Source of the DNA: Azolla caroliniana
Taxonomy: Eukaryota > Plantae > Polypodiophyta
Length of the DNA: 64,000 nucleotides
NCBI GenBank assembly: GCA_043228905.1
Contig: JBHGNT010000003.1
Coordinates: forward strand, 2,046,001-2,110,000
Reading direction: 5' to 3'
Part shown: in pieces, positions 24,468 to 37,517 of the stretch
Layout of the letters: each line of letters starts with the position of its first letter
How positions within the stretch are numbered: the stretch's first letter is position 1
Notes under the pieces: generated by a model
The model's database searches: none
What the model saw: only the letters and a program-made list of their open reading frames with translations
What the model was told of the DNA's origin: nothing
Program-made: the position numbers and the translations under genes

Positions 24468-27400
24468 ACAGACTCTAAGTCTATCCATAGGTAGGTTCTT
24501 CGTGAGCATGTCGGATCCATTGTTATCCGTGTGGATCTTCACAAGTGTAAACTCTCCTTCTTCGACTTTCTCCCGCAACCAATGATACCTTCTCTATATG
24601 TGCTTGGTCCAAGAGTGATATGCAGCATTATTGGCAAGATGTATGGCACTCTGGCTGTCATAGTGAAGCAATTTGCTTCATCCCTAGCTCGTTGAGAAAA
24701 TTTCTCATCCGGATAAGCTCTTTGCCAGCCTCTACCATTGCCATATACTCTGCCTCTATAGTCAACAAGGCTACAGACTTCTGCAGTCGTGATTGCCACA
24801 ACACTGCTCCCCCTCCATAGGTCATCACGTACCCCGACGTGGATCGGCTTGAGTCTACATCTCCCGACATGTCCGAGTCGGTAAACCTTCTAGCACAGGT
24901 TTTCCGACACCATACCCTAGGCACACCCCTGAGGTGCCTTTTAAGTACTTGAGTATCCACTTCACCATTGCCTAGTGTTCCCTTCATGGATTACTCATAT
25001 ATTGGTTTACTGCTCCCACAACAAATGCTATGTCTGGTCTCGTACAGACCATAGCATACATTAGACTGCCGACGACCGAGGCATATGGTACCTTCCTCAT
25101 CTCGGCCTTCTCCTTCTCCCCTTTCGGGCACTGCTTCACATTGAACCTGCAATTTGTCGGCAACACCGAGCCGACCGGCTTTATGTTCGACATGTTGAAC
25201 CTTTTTAGGATCTTCGTCACATGCTTTTGTTGTGACAACCATAGCACCTTTTGAGTTCTGTCTCGAACTATGTGCATTCCTAAGATCTGTTTAGCCGGTC
25301 CAAGGTATTTCATGGCAAATGACCTACCTAGAGCTTTCTTCAAGCTTCCGATCTTCCATGTGTCTTGACCAACTATCCACATGTCATCAACATATAACAA
25401 GAAAATCAAGAAGTCTCCTTCTTCGTACCTTTTGACAAACACACAGTGATCGACTTGTGTTTTTTGGAACCGTTGTTCCATCATGAAGGACTCGAACTTC
25501 TTGTACCATTGGTGTGGAGCTTGTTTTAGACCGTACAAGCTTTTCTTCAGTCGACACACCAGGTTCTCTTTCCCTTTTTCCTCAAAGCTTTCGGGTTGGT
25601 GCATGTAGATTTCTTCTTCTAGCTCCCCGTGCAAGAATGTGGTTTTGACATCCAAATGTTCAATCTCCAGGTCCATACTGGCCGCTATACTCAGAACAAT
25701 TCGAATGGATGTCATCTTCACGACTGGTGCGAATATTTCGTCAAAGTCGACACCCTTTTTCTGTTGAAAACCCTTCACCACTATGCGGGCTTTATACCTG
25801 GGCTCACTGTTGGCTTCTCTAGTTTTCACCTTGTAGACCCACTTATTCCTGAGTACTCTCTTACCTTTCGGCAGCTTTACCAGGTCATAGGTGTAATTCT
25901 CGTGCAAGGATTCCATCTCATCTTGCATCGCACTCATCCATTTCTCTCTGTGCTAGTCGGCAATGGATTCTTCATAGCACTCCGGTTCACCTTCATCAGT
26001 CAGGAGGATGTATTGACTGGTATATGTTGTTGGTGCTTTCCTTTCTATAAATGGGTATCTCCTTCCACTCGTTGTTGGCTCTCTTTCGGATGTCTCTTCC
26101 AACTCTTATCTCCGTTCGAGTTCCTACACGTCAATCGGCATCTCCATGTTGGACGACTCCAACTCACTCTTCAATTGACCTTAGCAGCTCTGCCAACTCT
26201 GACTCATAGTCGGTCGGTCTCTCCCAGTCTACTGACTCAGATTCGGCTATGCTGACTGGTCGTCTCCGAACAGCCGACGTTGTCAGTTCACTTGACCTTA
26301 GATCGACGATAGTTGGGGTTGACTAGGGAGTCGTATCCTACTTCTGTTGCTTCCAGTCTTCAATTGTCTTATCTTCAAGAAAGACTACATCCCGACTTCT
26401 CACAACCCTCTTGTCGACTAGGTTCCATAGCCTATAGCCGAACTCATCTTCCGAGTATCCCATGAATATGCATGCTTTCGACTTACTTTTGAGCTTTGAC
26501 CTCTGATCCTTCGATACATGCATATACCCCAAACCATAGTACGTAAAATTCGTGTTCGTCTACTATATCATTCGTTTTCGTACATTGGAAAACGAACACG
26601 AATGATATTCAAATATTCGTGTGTTTTTTTTTCCCTTTTTTTACCTTTTTTTTGGGTTTTTTACTTCTTTTCCCCCCTTTTCCTATACACATCAACGCTA
26701 CGCTCTGCTCTCCTCCCCTTTTCCCCCTTTTCCCCCTTTTCCTTGAACGATCTGTTGCTTGCATCGTGCACATTAGTCAATAGTGAGTCAGTGACCACAT
26801 CTTCTCCCGGCCATTATTTTCTGTAATTTTTCACTAATTTTTGTAATTTTTGTAATTTTTTCGTAATTTCTATAATTTCTCTATAATTTCTTTAATTTCT
26901 GTAATTTTGTTGTAATTTCTGTAATTGTTTCGTAATTTCTATAATTTTTATATTTTCTGTAATTTCTCTATAATTTCTGTAATTTCTGTAATTTTGTTGT
27001 AATTTCTGTTATTACGAAGGTAATGTTTTCTTTTGCAATTTTAAAATATTTACCTTATAGTAAATAATTTATCCAAAAGTATGGTATTTATCATTCTTCG
27101 AGGGTGTTTACCCTTCTCGAATGTACGAATGGTACGCATGGTTCATACTATGCCCGAAACATTCGAACACCCTCAGGTGTTGGTAGGAGACATCCTTCCC
27201 TGTTCACACTCTCTGTGGGACATCACCCTGTAATGGTACTTAGGGAGACATGTTGATAAGATAAACAATTGTGTACATCGCCTTAGCCCAATAGGATTTC
27301 GGTAGTTTCGCATGAGAGGCATGCTCCTTAGCCTCTCCATGATTGTTCAATTCATCCTCTCTGCAAGCCCATTCAACTCTGAGGTGTTTGGCACTGTGTA

Positions 27401-29131
27401 TTCGATCCGAATGCCTTGGCACTTGCAGTATTCCTCGAATTGCCCTCTATACTTGCCACCATTGTCAGTTCGAACAGTCTTCAACTTCCAACCTGACTCT
27501 CATTCAGTTCTAGCCTGGAACTCCTTGAAAACCGATAGTACTTGATCTTTCGACTTTAGTACGAAGGCTCATGTCTTCCGACTATAGTCGTCGATGAACA
27601 TCACAAAGTATTGTCCACCTCGATGTGATGGAGCATCTACATAACACACATCCATGTGTACCAGTTCCAGTGCAACTTCTCTTCTTCTTGGTGGTCTTGT
27701 GTGGAATGCTGATCTGTTCTGCTTTCCGACCAAGCAGTCGACGCACTTCTCCAGGTGCACTCCCTTGACTTCTGGTAGAAGCTTTTGGTCGGCTAGCAGG
27801 TGCATTCCTTTCTCACTCATGTGGCCTAAGCCTCTTGTGCCATATCTCTCCTACCGAGTCGGCTGCCACATTTACTTCCAATTTGCACAGTCGGGCATGC
27901 ATCATATATAATGTGCCTTCTTTCTGTGCTTGGGCCACTATAAGATTTCCTCGGCAGAACTTCCACTTGCCATTCCGAAAACTACCACTATAGCCTTCGT
28001 CATCTAACCTTCTAGTCGATATCAGATTCAATCTGATGTCGGGGACGTGTCGAACATCCTTCAAAGTCAGTCGACACAACACCCTGTCGACGTCGTCAAG
28101 CAGACACTTCCGACTCCGGTTATCTTGCACTCTCCACTATCACCCATTTTCACATAACCGTGATCTCCAGCTATGTAAGTCGAGAAATACTCTCTCGACG
28201 GAGTTATGTGAAACGATGCCCCAGAATCGATCACCCAAGTGCATTCTTCACTTGCAAGATTTGCACTTGTCTGTTCACAAATGAACAACAATTCTTCATT
28301 GCTCGTAGCAATGGCAGAAGTGTTCTTCTCATCAGAAATCTTCCTGGGTTCGACATTGTTGCTGACACCCTTGTCTTTTCTCATGTGTTGGCAGTCCTTT
28401 TGGAAGTGTCCAGGTTTACCACACTAAAAGCACACTAGCTTACCTCTGGACTTCGATCTAGCTTGGGAGTTTTCTCTCCTTGGTGGACTTCTTTGCCGGT
28501 TCCTTCCTCTGTCTGAATGTTGTGTTATATTCAACTCCGACTGGGACAGGACTCCCTTGTCCTTCCTCCTTGCCTCCTCATTTAGGATGCTTGTCTTTAT
28601 GGTTTGTAAAGACAAGTTCTCTTCTTGACAAGAGGTGCTGAGAGTAACCACCGGATTCTCCCAGCTATCTGGCAGTGTGCACATCGGCAGAATGGCTTGC
28701 ATCGCATCATCCAGGGGAAACGTGGTTGCAGCAAGTTGATTCACATACCCCATGAATGTGCTGATGTGTTCAACGATGCTCTGACCGTCCCTGTATTTCA
28801 GCCGTACGAACTTTCTCATCAATGAGGTTTTATTGAGCGTGTTCTTCCTCTCATATAGACCCGACAGCTTCTGCCACATCTCGCGTGCATTTGTGTCGTT
28901 CGCCACATGTTGCAAGACACTTATGTCAACGCATTGTCGGATGGTGGCCACCGCCTTTCTGTTAAGAAGTTTCCAATCCGACTCCAATACCCCCCTAGGT
29001 ATATCTGCTCTGTCGACTGGCTCATACAGGTCTTTGACTATAAGAAGGTCCTCCATCTTTATCTTCCAGTCTGCATAGTTTTCTGAGTTTAGAACTATCA
29101 TGCTTGGGAAGCCGCTCACACCTCCTTCCAT
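24468..29131 (-). pseudogene. Copia M gag-pol, fragmented
   Basis: ORFs 28424-29131 (gag), 28067-28384 (WVIDSGAS), 27569-27820 (integrase), 24984-25937 (LYVDDM), 24658-24987 (RNase H). Confidence 0.92.
26535..27152. mobile_element. hAT-like non-autonomous DNA transposon N (618 bp) inside copia M
   Basis: Short TIR CATAGTA../..TACTATG. 8-bp TSD CCCCAAAC/CCCGAAAC (26527-26534 / 27153-27160). Internal TGTAATTT(C) tandem repeats ~26822-27010. Confidence 0.78.
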
Positions 29132-29404
29132 GCTTGCACCTCAAGCTCTGATACCAGATTGTTGAGAATCGATTTGTAAAACCACAAGATCAAACGATGC
29201 TGAAAATACACTACACAGGCACACAATGACACAATACACAAAGATTTACGTGGAAACCCTAATAAACGGGAGAAAACCACGGGGGGGAAAAAATTCGCTA
29301 TAGAGTGGATGTACAAGACAGAGATTACAACACTCTGATTATGAGTGTATCACCCACATAGGGTTCTTGGCGTTTGTTGTTACACACACAACTATGGCAC
29401 CACT

Positions 29405-29440
<36 letters not shown>

Positions 29441-30292
29441 TCTCTCTTACACACACTTTGATTGTCGTCACTACTATATTTTGCCCTAGATGTATATATA
29501 TATACTCATACATCGTGTGGGCTATTTACAATTGTAGCCACTGCTACATATCATTTCTATTATTATTAAGTTCTAATAATAATAATAATAATAATAATAT
29601 GTTTAAAGAATCGGCTCTCTGTTGTCGACTCTTCCGAACAGCCGGCTATTTCCGAACAGTCGGTTCATTCAACTCTTCGATTGTCGGCTACTTCCGAATA
29701 TTCAGTTCCTCCCACTGGAGGGACATATCCCCAATAGTTATAACCATTCGTATGATAGTTGAAAAACATGAAGGAAAGAAGACTGAAGATGATCTCAAGA
29801 AAGGATAAGTTGAGTTTGAGGGGGAGTGTTGAGAAACAAGCTCAACAAAAGCATATGGTGCATATTGGTAAGTGAGATCTTCTATAGTAGTTATTGGGAA
29901 ATTAGCTACTATTAGGTATGTAGGTACAACAACTATTTAGCTAGTCACAGCTATTTAGTTACTCACCGCTAATTAGCTGCATATGTAAGTCACTTATATA
30001 CTTAGGTAAAAAAGTAGTAGAGAGTGTAGTTGTAACAGAAGACTAACGAGAGAGGTTTCTCTGCGTATAATGAAATAGAAGCATTTGGGTTGCTACAAAG
30101 GTAAGTCTCCTTCCCCCTTCCTTTTTTGTCTTGAGCACACTAAACGATCTAGCACATCACCATCCGTTGTGCACAACGAAGAGCCGGAGCGCCTTCATAA
30201 CATGTGAGTGTGGAGCTAGGTGTTCTGTCACCGACGGAGTTCGGTTGTATTCTTTTCTCTATTTAATCTAATATTACTGATTTTGTTGTATC

Positions 30293-31278
30293 CGCCAAGA
30301 AATATGGCAAATTTACACCCGATATACATGGATCACCCCACGAGAGCCACTCCCATCTAAACTGTTGTACTATATGGAACACATCTTGCACTTCTCTAAG
30401 TTAAGTTTTATTACATGACCAAGATATTTAGATACTTTCTTATCAAATGCACTAAGGGTGTCCATTGGACAACTTAGGATATCATCTCACCAACTTGAGA
30501 TTGAGAATGGTCGGGCTAATAGAGTTCCTAGAGAGGAAAGGCTATGTAGATTATGTCACATAGAGATAGAGGATGAGTATCACTTTACATGCAAGTGTTC
30601 GACCTATGCCGAGATAAGGGTGGAATACCAAGACATATTAGGACCCTCTCCCACCCTCTCCAAACTATTAGATACCTCGGATATAAAGAGACTAGGTAGG
30701 TATATCTTAGAGCTAAAATAACATAGGGAGAATAAGCTACAAAGTGTTAACCATAACCCTTTTAATATTCAACAACATGTAAGTAGTGTAATTTTTCAAG
30801 AACAAGGGGAGACGATGAATGTGGATACACTTAACGCCACTCAGCCTCTCTCTTGAGGAAGCAGAAATGCAAAGAACAACCAAACGTCCTCGGATGTTGG
30901 GCTTCAAAACAACTCGACGTGGAGTAGAAACAATTAAGAAGATACGTGAACATGAGCTATGCCAATTAGAAGTTATGGTTAAGGTACCTTCTACATTGGG
31001 ACCATGGGGGGCGACATCCACATCGAAACCCTTTGACCTCCCACTTCTTTTCGAGAGACTTGGATGGAAATGAAACCAAGCCTAGTATAACTTGCCATTT
31101 CATTGTAGAACATGTTTGTTATTTACTAGACCTATTTAGCTTAAGATCTGTTTTTATTTTATTTTATTTTTACTTTCGATGATTCAATGGGTAAATATCC
31201 CATTTTGTTATAAACCAATTGTCTCATGGGCCAATTTTAGCCTTAGAAGATGTTAATATATCTTTCTTTCTTTCTTTC
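30293..31278 (+). mobile_element. 5'-truncated LINE 3' end, RTEX-like, inserted in the 3' LTR of I
   Basis: ORF 30458-30721 LRISSHQLEIENGR..REERLCRLC..EDEYHFTCKC is a C-terminal zinc finger. It is followed by a 3' UTR ending in (TCTT)n at ~31261-31278. Boundaries approximate. Confidence 0.72.
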
Positions 31279-31475
31279 TCTCTGTGTTGGGTCAACATCA
31301 GTTCCTTTGTTTCTGTCCCCAGGACGTGTCGCTTCTCCCACCTCCGTTCTTGCGTATCTACTTGAGTCTCTGAGCCTATGTGCTCATTGACTGGAATCCG
31401 GCGTCAGGCCCGGTTCAGATACAAGTTTACGAGCCCATGTGCTCCGAAAAAGATCCCCGACAACCGAGCCAAGAT

Positions 31476-31990
31476 ACACATAGAGGAGTGGAAGCTTAGC
31501 TCGAGAGGAGAGGAGAAAGAATAGGACATAAACATAGAATGGATGGAGGCAAGATACACAAACCAGTTATATTAAGAAACACCAAAGGCTTTACAACCAT
31601 GGTCGCATAGGTCGAACGGAAACACTATAAGGAACCCTAACCGGATAAGTAAAGTAAAGAAGATGATGATGAAGAAACCCTAAGCGAAAACCTAAACCTG
31701 AAATGGTATGATGAAGAAGAAGAATAGTAAAACCCTAGACGAAACCCTAAAACCGAAATAGAAACCCTCAACCTAAGTGGTATACCTCTCTCACTCAAAA
31801 TAGGCAACCTCTTCACAAGAGACCCCTCCCTTCCTTTTATAGCCCAAGGAGGGAGGGACGTTACAATGTGGGATAAATTCTCCCCCTTATTCTATACACC
31901 ATTTTCCTACTATACATGTGCACATGTTGCACATTGCCGACTTGCCCATTCTATCCTGGTTTCACACCAAAGGTGGAAATCTTCACGACA
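31476..31990 (-). repeat. Partial gypsy LTR K
   Basis: Minus strand starts TGTCGTGAAGATTTCC, the group's LTR start. CTATAAAAGG on minus at ~31833-31842. Flanked by ACGT. Confidence 0.72.
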
Positions 31991-32014
31991 ACGTGCACAC
32001 AGATATCCGTGACA

Positions 32015-33006
32015 CCGCAGTCTACATGCAAGGGGACTTGGAAAATCTAAAGAAGCTAGAAAGTGGATTAGCCGTGTTTTGCAAAAGATCAAACGCCATG
32101 ATCAATTGGCACAAATCCTATGCAATATGACTTTCTCATGAAGCACATCCTGCATGGCATTCACATCCCACTTTCAAGTGGATCAATTAGGGAGCGAGCA
32201 CCAAATATTTGGGTTTCAAAATTGGATTCAACATTCCTTCGGAGATGATGGTTGCACTAGTTATTCACTCCATTCAACAAAAGTTGATACATTGGAACTC
32301 AAAAAAACTCTCGTTAGTAGGTCACATCATAGTGGCAAACCATGTATTACTCGCAATAGCATGGTACAACCTATCATGCTGGACAATATCCAAGGAAATT
32401 ATACATTAGATTCAACGACTGATAAACAACTACATTTAGACTGGTAAGGAAGACCATGCACCTCGGGCCAAGGTAGTGTGGCCTATACTCACATCACCTA
32501 ATTCAAGCCAACATACTCCATGGAATGAAGGGTGGATGGACTATGAAATCTGAAATTATTAAGTTAAACGCTCTATTGCTTAAGAAAGCTGCTAATCAAA
32601 GGATGACAATGGAGAAGTGAATAGGCTATGAGGAGGAGGGCTCTTTAATACCAAGAGGTAGGAAAATTGTTGAGATATCAAGCTCAATTAGGTCTATTTA
32701 TTTCGTCAATTATGTAACATGGTAGTTACATAAATAGAATCTAGTTAGTGTGTTGACTTTAAATCCTTAAATAGGATTTTGTACTTAAGTGGGATACATT
32801 CTAGATCATCCACTCCCAAGTTCATTTAATATAGGATCTACATCCTTCTACCTATATTCTCCTCACACATGTGCACCCTTGCACATGAGATGTATATATA
32901 CCTCATTGTGGGTATTTTTGTAACATGATGCTTTTTAATATAAGTAATAGTTCTTTAAGTTATACTTGTGCCCATTTTGTCTTATTTGTTCATTAGTGTA
33001 ACTTCC

Positions 33007-33038
<32 letters not shown>

Positions 33039-34114
33039 TATACGTGATTAACTATGCACATAATTAAATATTAATTAACCCTTACTTAAGACCTAATTAT
33101 TAACAAAACCACTAGACAAGATCGAAGGCCATGACTTGCAAGACAATGAGACACCAACATTAAATATAGCAATTCGAGTACTCGCATATACTTATAAATG
33201 CATTGTAGATCCCAATGCGATCAAAGTATAACTAAAATGGCACATATGTACTTATGAAAACACATGGCTAAGTAAGGTTAGTTGGAACCCTTTGCCATGG
33301 ATGTGGCATGATCCTTATGCGGGTCAAGGAAGCAAAGCCATCCGTTTCTTCCAATTCACAACTAGATTGGGTCGCTACATTCTAACCGTTGAAACTAGTG
33401 CCAACTGTTGCAAAGTTATGGCACCCATATCATGTTTCTCATACAATTATCACTATGTTTTGGCAGAAAATCTCGACACAACAACACGGTAGGTAAATTA
33501 CCACTTTCCAATGTCTATTAATACATAAGTCACTACTGATTGGAGCATGGAAGCATGGGAACCTTATCTCTCCTAATTGTGTAGCATGCCAAATGCAACA
33601 GAATCAATCTGACATGCTCTGTGGTAGTGCCTAGAGACCCATCGAATATAGCGGGGGGTTGGCCGCCTATTGTAATTATGCTAGGTGCAAGGCACAATCA
33701 AGTGGGGAAATGTATGTTGGTTATCATGGTAAGCCCTACTTGATAGGTACGAATATCAGGAGGAGGGGATGACTTTGGTGATAAAAGCATAAGAGGTTTT
33801 TTTTCCACCATCGACAATATCTACTCAACTCCTATTAATGCCAAATCTCAAGTTGTGTTGGAATTGGTTAGCCCAATAACATTTTGGAGTCTATGGAAAC
33901 AACGATGTAGAAGGGTCTTCCCCAACCAAACTATGCATCCAATAATTTTAATGCAAAGAGATATGGAGTGAAGTTGTAGCCACTCTAAAGAGCCAATATG
34001 ATGGCCTCACGGGCGGATCCAATGGAGTTGAGCGATAACGACTAGCCTTTATCCAACAATGGTCGCCCTCTCCCTTTCTTGAGTTAGTGGGCATCCACAT
34101 AAGATGGAACTATC
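32015..34114 (+). pseudogene. L1/Tx1-type LINE ORF2 C-terminal remnant (probable continuation of 16540-17235)
   Basis: TAVYMQGDLENL..INWHKS, KLSLVGHIIVANHVLL and a degenerate zf-RVT at ~33570-33650. Same family as the LINE at 52200-54410. Confidence 0.75.
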
Positions 34115-37100
34115 GCGTTGCATGGGGAATTCCGGCCACTTGGAGAAAGGAGTCGAAGAGCGTGGGAGCAGGGGTGTGCACAGATGCACACAAAGTTGTC
34201 TTTATGTACAAATAAGTGTAAATAACATAGGACTAGTAAGTACTACGGAGTACGATTTTGATGGGTACTTTAATGTCCCACACACATAGAGAAGAATAAA
34301 AGTGATAGATAGGAGGAACTCGAGGAGGGAATCAAGGACGGAAAAACGGTTGTAGTAATAACTTGATGTAATGGTCTCTCTCTCCTTGAGCTATAAAAGC
34401 AGGGAGAAACGACTAAGAACGAATCCACGTTCTAGAGAACAAAGTGTTGTCTGACGGAGCTTTGCAGACTTTTGTTCTCTGTTTCGGTTTCTGGTTGTGC
34501 TGCGAAGCCTCCGTTTCATGCTAGTAGCCCATGTGCTCCTAATCGGAGGATCGCTAGCATCAACATGTGTGTATGTGAGGAGTTAATAGCGTTGTTGCCG
34601 ATAGAGTCCGGCTGTAATTCTTTCCCCGATGATTAATAGATTATTTTGTTGTCTCCTTGTTCTCTGTTTTTTCTGTTTCTACCGTATTCTTGTCACCATC
34701 CCTTCCTGATTGTGTGTGCGAGCCGTGGGCTCATTGTACATAGTCCGGTGCTACTCCGGGACCGGTAAAGCATGCCGCACTCGTGCGCTCACCATAAGGC
34801 ATCCGGAAACCGGTTCGGATCTGATACTTGTCTAAACCGCACTCTAGTGAATTTATCTGAGGATTGAACTGGGTATAACCCTTTTCCCTTGCCGGTTCTG
34901 GGACGACGCTTCAGAGACAATCACTCGGACACCTATCCGGATAATCCGTCTTCCATCTAGGGCTCCTTGGTCCGAGATCCCCGTGGTCCCGCTCATTCCA
35001 ACACATCCACGCGGAAGTCCGCGACATCATTGGTGAACCCGACATGAAGTTGGGGCAGAAAAGGAGTTCGAAATGTGAGGAAGTGGACTCGTTGAAGCAA
35101 TGGCGGTGGCAGTTGATGTAATGGCGGGCGCAGCTCCAGAGGAGGTGACGAAGATGGTGTGCGATCTCCAGATTGCGCAAGCCCGAAGCGATGGCGGAGG
35201 AAAGTCACGTGACCGAAGGCCTCCGAGTGACCAACAATGCATGTGGTGCGATGCCGTCGGCCACATCCGAAGAGAGTGCACTGATTTCATCGAAGCCCTC
35301 AAGAACAATGTTGTGTACCTCTAGAATGAACAGGTACACACGTGTGGCACGCAAAGGCCCCTTGAGGTGAACATAGAATGAGGCGACATGAAGAGGATAA
35401 TGTAGGAAGCTGCGGCTTGGAATGCCGAGGCCATTCACTACTCCGTGTCGGCGGGGATCCGAGTAGGCAGAGAGAAGGGCAATGTATACGAAAGCAATGT
35501 TGATTTTGGTCGCTCGTACTAGAAGGCATGTCGGGGGTGAGGCTACAGAAGGAAGAGGCGGACCACGCGGAGAAACGGGTCTAGGAGGGCACCGGATGGA
35601 ACGATCTGGTTGAAGAGAAAACTGGCTTCGTAGAAACTATGTGCCAAAACTACGAGGTTCGGGTCAAGGACAAATGAGCCGGAAAGGACGAAGGGGATGG
35701 TTCCTTGAGCCGTTATGAGACCCGGAGTGGGCCGAAAAAGAATGACGGAGGCCCAACCAGCTCACAGGGGAAGGCGAAGATCAAGCTTCTGGCTGAGCTC
35801 AGAGATAGAGATGACAACGGATCTGCAGAAGGTCCTGGAAGAGCGGATCCTCGACAACAAGGTGGAGCTCTCGTTACGAGAGGTGTTGGGGATCGCAAAG
35901 AAGGAATTCCATGATTCCATCGTGGACCTGGTGAAAAGGAAGCAACTCTCATTGGAGCCGGAGTTGGAGAAGCCGGTGGAGGTAAAGTCGGACCACATCA
36001 AAGGGGTGACGATGGAGTAAGAAGTTCCAGATAGTCACTTCCTGAAGCTACGCTGGGCAAGAGAGACAATAGAGACCCCGGTCTGGATTGGGGATGTGAA
36101 GGAGTCGATAATAGCTCTGATCGACCACGGATCGAAGATAAACCTGATGTCGATGGACTTCTATAAGAAGGGTACTATGAATACAAAGCACGGGTGGAAG
36201 ATACACACGGCGATCCGAGCCACAAAGCTACATGCAGCGTGCCCGAAAGTCTGAGTAAAGGTCGGCGATGTCGAGATCGACCAACACTTCTTCGTGCAAG
36301 AGACATCCTCCCATCCCGTGATTCTCGGCGAACCTTACATTACAGCGGCCCGAATGTCGTGTGAATCTTGACACACTATGTAAAAAAATAATAATAATGA
36401 AATAATTATTATAGATTAGATTAGTAGCTTACTATAGAAAGATGGATATACTCAAGAGCTTCAAAATGTTTTTTACTATATACAAAATGGAGAAATACAT
36501 ATCAAGTTATGTGAAAATAAAGTTTGAGAAGATAGGGAAATTAGAACTATGCAAAATCGGAACCGGAACCGGCAAACAAACCGGAACCGGTCGGTATGCA
36601 AACCGAAACCGGCCGGTAAGCAAAACTAGAACCGGAACCGGAACCGTCCGGCAAGCAAAACCGGAAACTGGCCGGTAAGCAAAACCGAAACCGCAACCGG
36701 CAAGCAAAAAGGAACCGGCCGGCGAGGGATTCGGCGATCGGGCGGAACCGGTGTCGGGGTTGCTACGCCCTTGCGTGCAGAAAGGAGGAGGGACCACGAG
36801 GGTCTTGGACCGAAGAGCAAGAGAGAGCGGAGTAAGAGAGAGACCCGATTACACAGAACCGAAGATTGCACAGGGACACGGCCCAACAAACAGAGATCAC
36901 AAATAAACGCCGACGCAGATGGACGCAACAACGAAAGATATGTACTTATGAATGCAAGAAAATAACAGACTAAAGTATTACAACCCACGGCGGGGCACGG
37001 AATAGATACTAACGAAAACGAACAGGGCGGCGAACAGATGCCGACCCCTGTATGTCGCGACGCACAGAAAGGGAAAACAGGTCGGAGGTGCTGCAGGACG

Positions 37101-37517
37101 CACTCGGGGCGTTCCACGGAACAGCGCAAGCCTCCTCGAAACCTGCACAGGTACGCGATGGAGCAGAGGACAGAGAAAGCAGGAGTGAGAGAGGAGCTCC
37201 GAAATCGGTTCGGCAGCACTTTGTCCTCTCCGCGCGAGATATCCCACTTCTATTCTTCCTCTTTCTTTTATATCCCATCAAGAGGCCGTTTGGCATTAAC
37301 TGCATACCAACCGAATCTACCCACCTAGGATCCTCGTATGTACCTACTTCGCCCTTAGGTACTTCTTGGCGCGTGTGTGCGTGTAGAGCCGTTTCCCCAC
37401 GCCTTGTTCCTCCGATTTCTCTTGTGGGCGGTTTTCTTCACGACATCCGCCCCCACCTAACCGCGCATCCACCGGCATGCGCCAAATTAAGTTGGCACGG
37501 AGAAAACCGGCCCGCCT

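Larger units (their letters stand above)
23855..29736 (-). mobile_element. Ty1/copia element M (related to B), inserted near the end of J's pol
   Basis: LTRs 23855-24415 and 29160-29736. TSD GTTAT (23850-23854 / 29737-29741). PBS 29145-29156. PPT ~24416-24432. Confidence 0.95.
19088..29808 (+). pseudogene. Copia J gag-pol, fragmented and interrupted
   Basis: LDKNNFPTWKFRM gag, WYVDSRASNHM protease, VHTDVWGP integrase, RT CKWVYKTK..FAPVAK, RNase H RTKHIEVHYHF. Confidence 0.9.
18600..30202 (+). mobile_element. Ty1/copia element J, AT-rich and degenerate
   Basis: LTRs 18600-18957 and 29827-30202. Decayed PBS TGGTATTAGAG at 18958. PPT ~29807-29826. TSD TGTGT/TGTGA. Confidence 0.93.
17237..32014 (+). 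mobile_element. Heavily deleted gypsy element I (same group as A/C/D), host of several nested insertions
   Basis: 5' LTR remnant ~17237-17424 matches ~31388-31475 and 31991-32014. PBS 17429-17446. gag GRFNGKDVTNYL at ~17470-17780. Integrase fragments 17800-18275. 3' LTR pieces 18280-18599, 30203-30292, 31279-31475 and 31991-32014. Confidence 0.78.

Noticed and set aside
32496-33098. Insertion bounded by ACCTAATT 8-bp direct repeats within the LINE
   Set aside because: No TIRs. The interior looks like a decayed copia PPT/LTR fragment and the repeat may be chance in AT-rich DNA.
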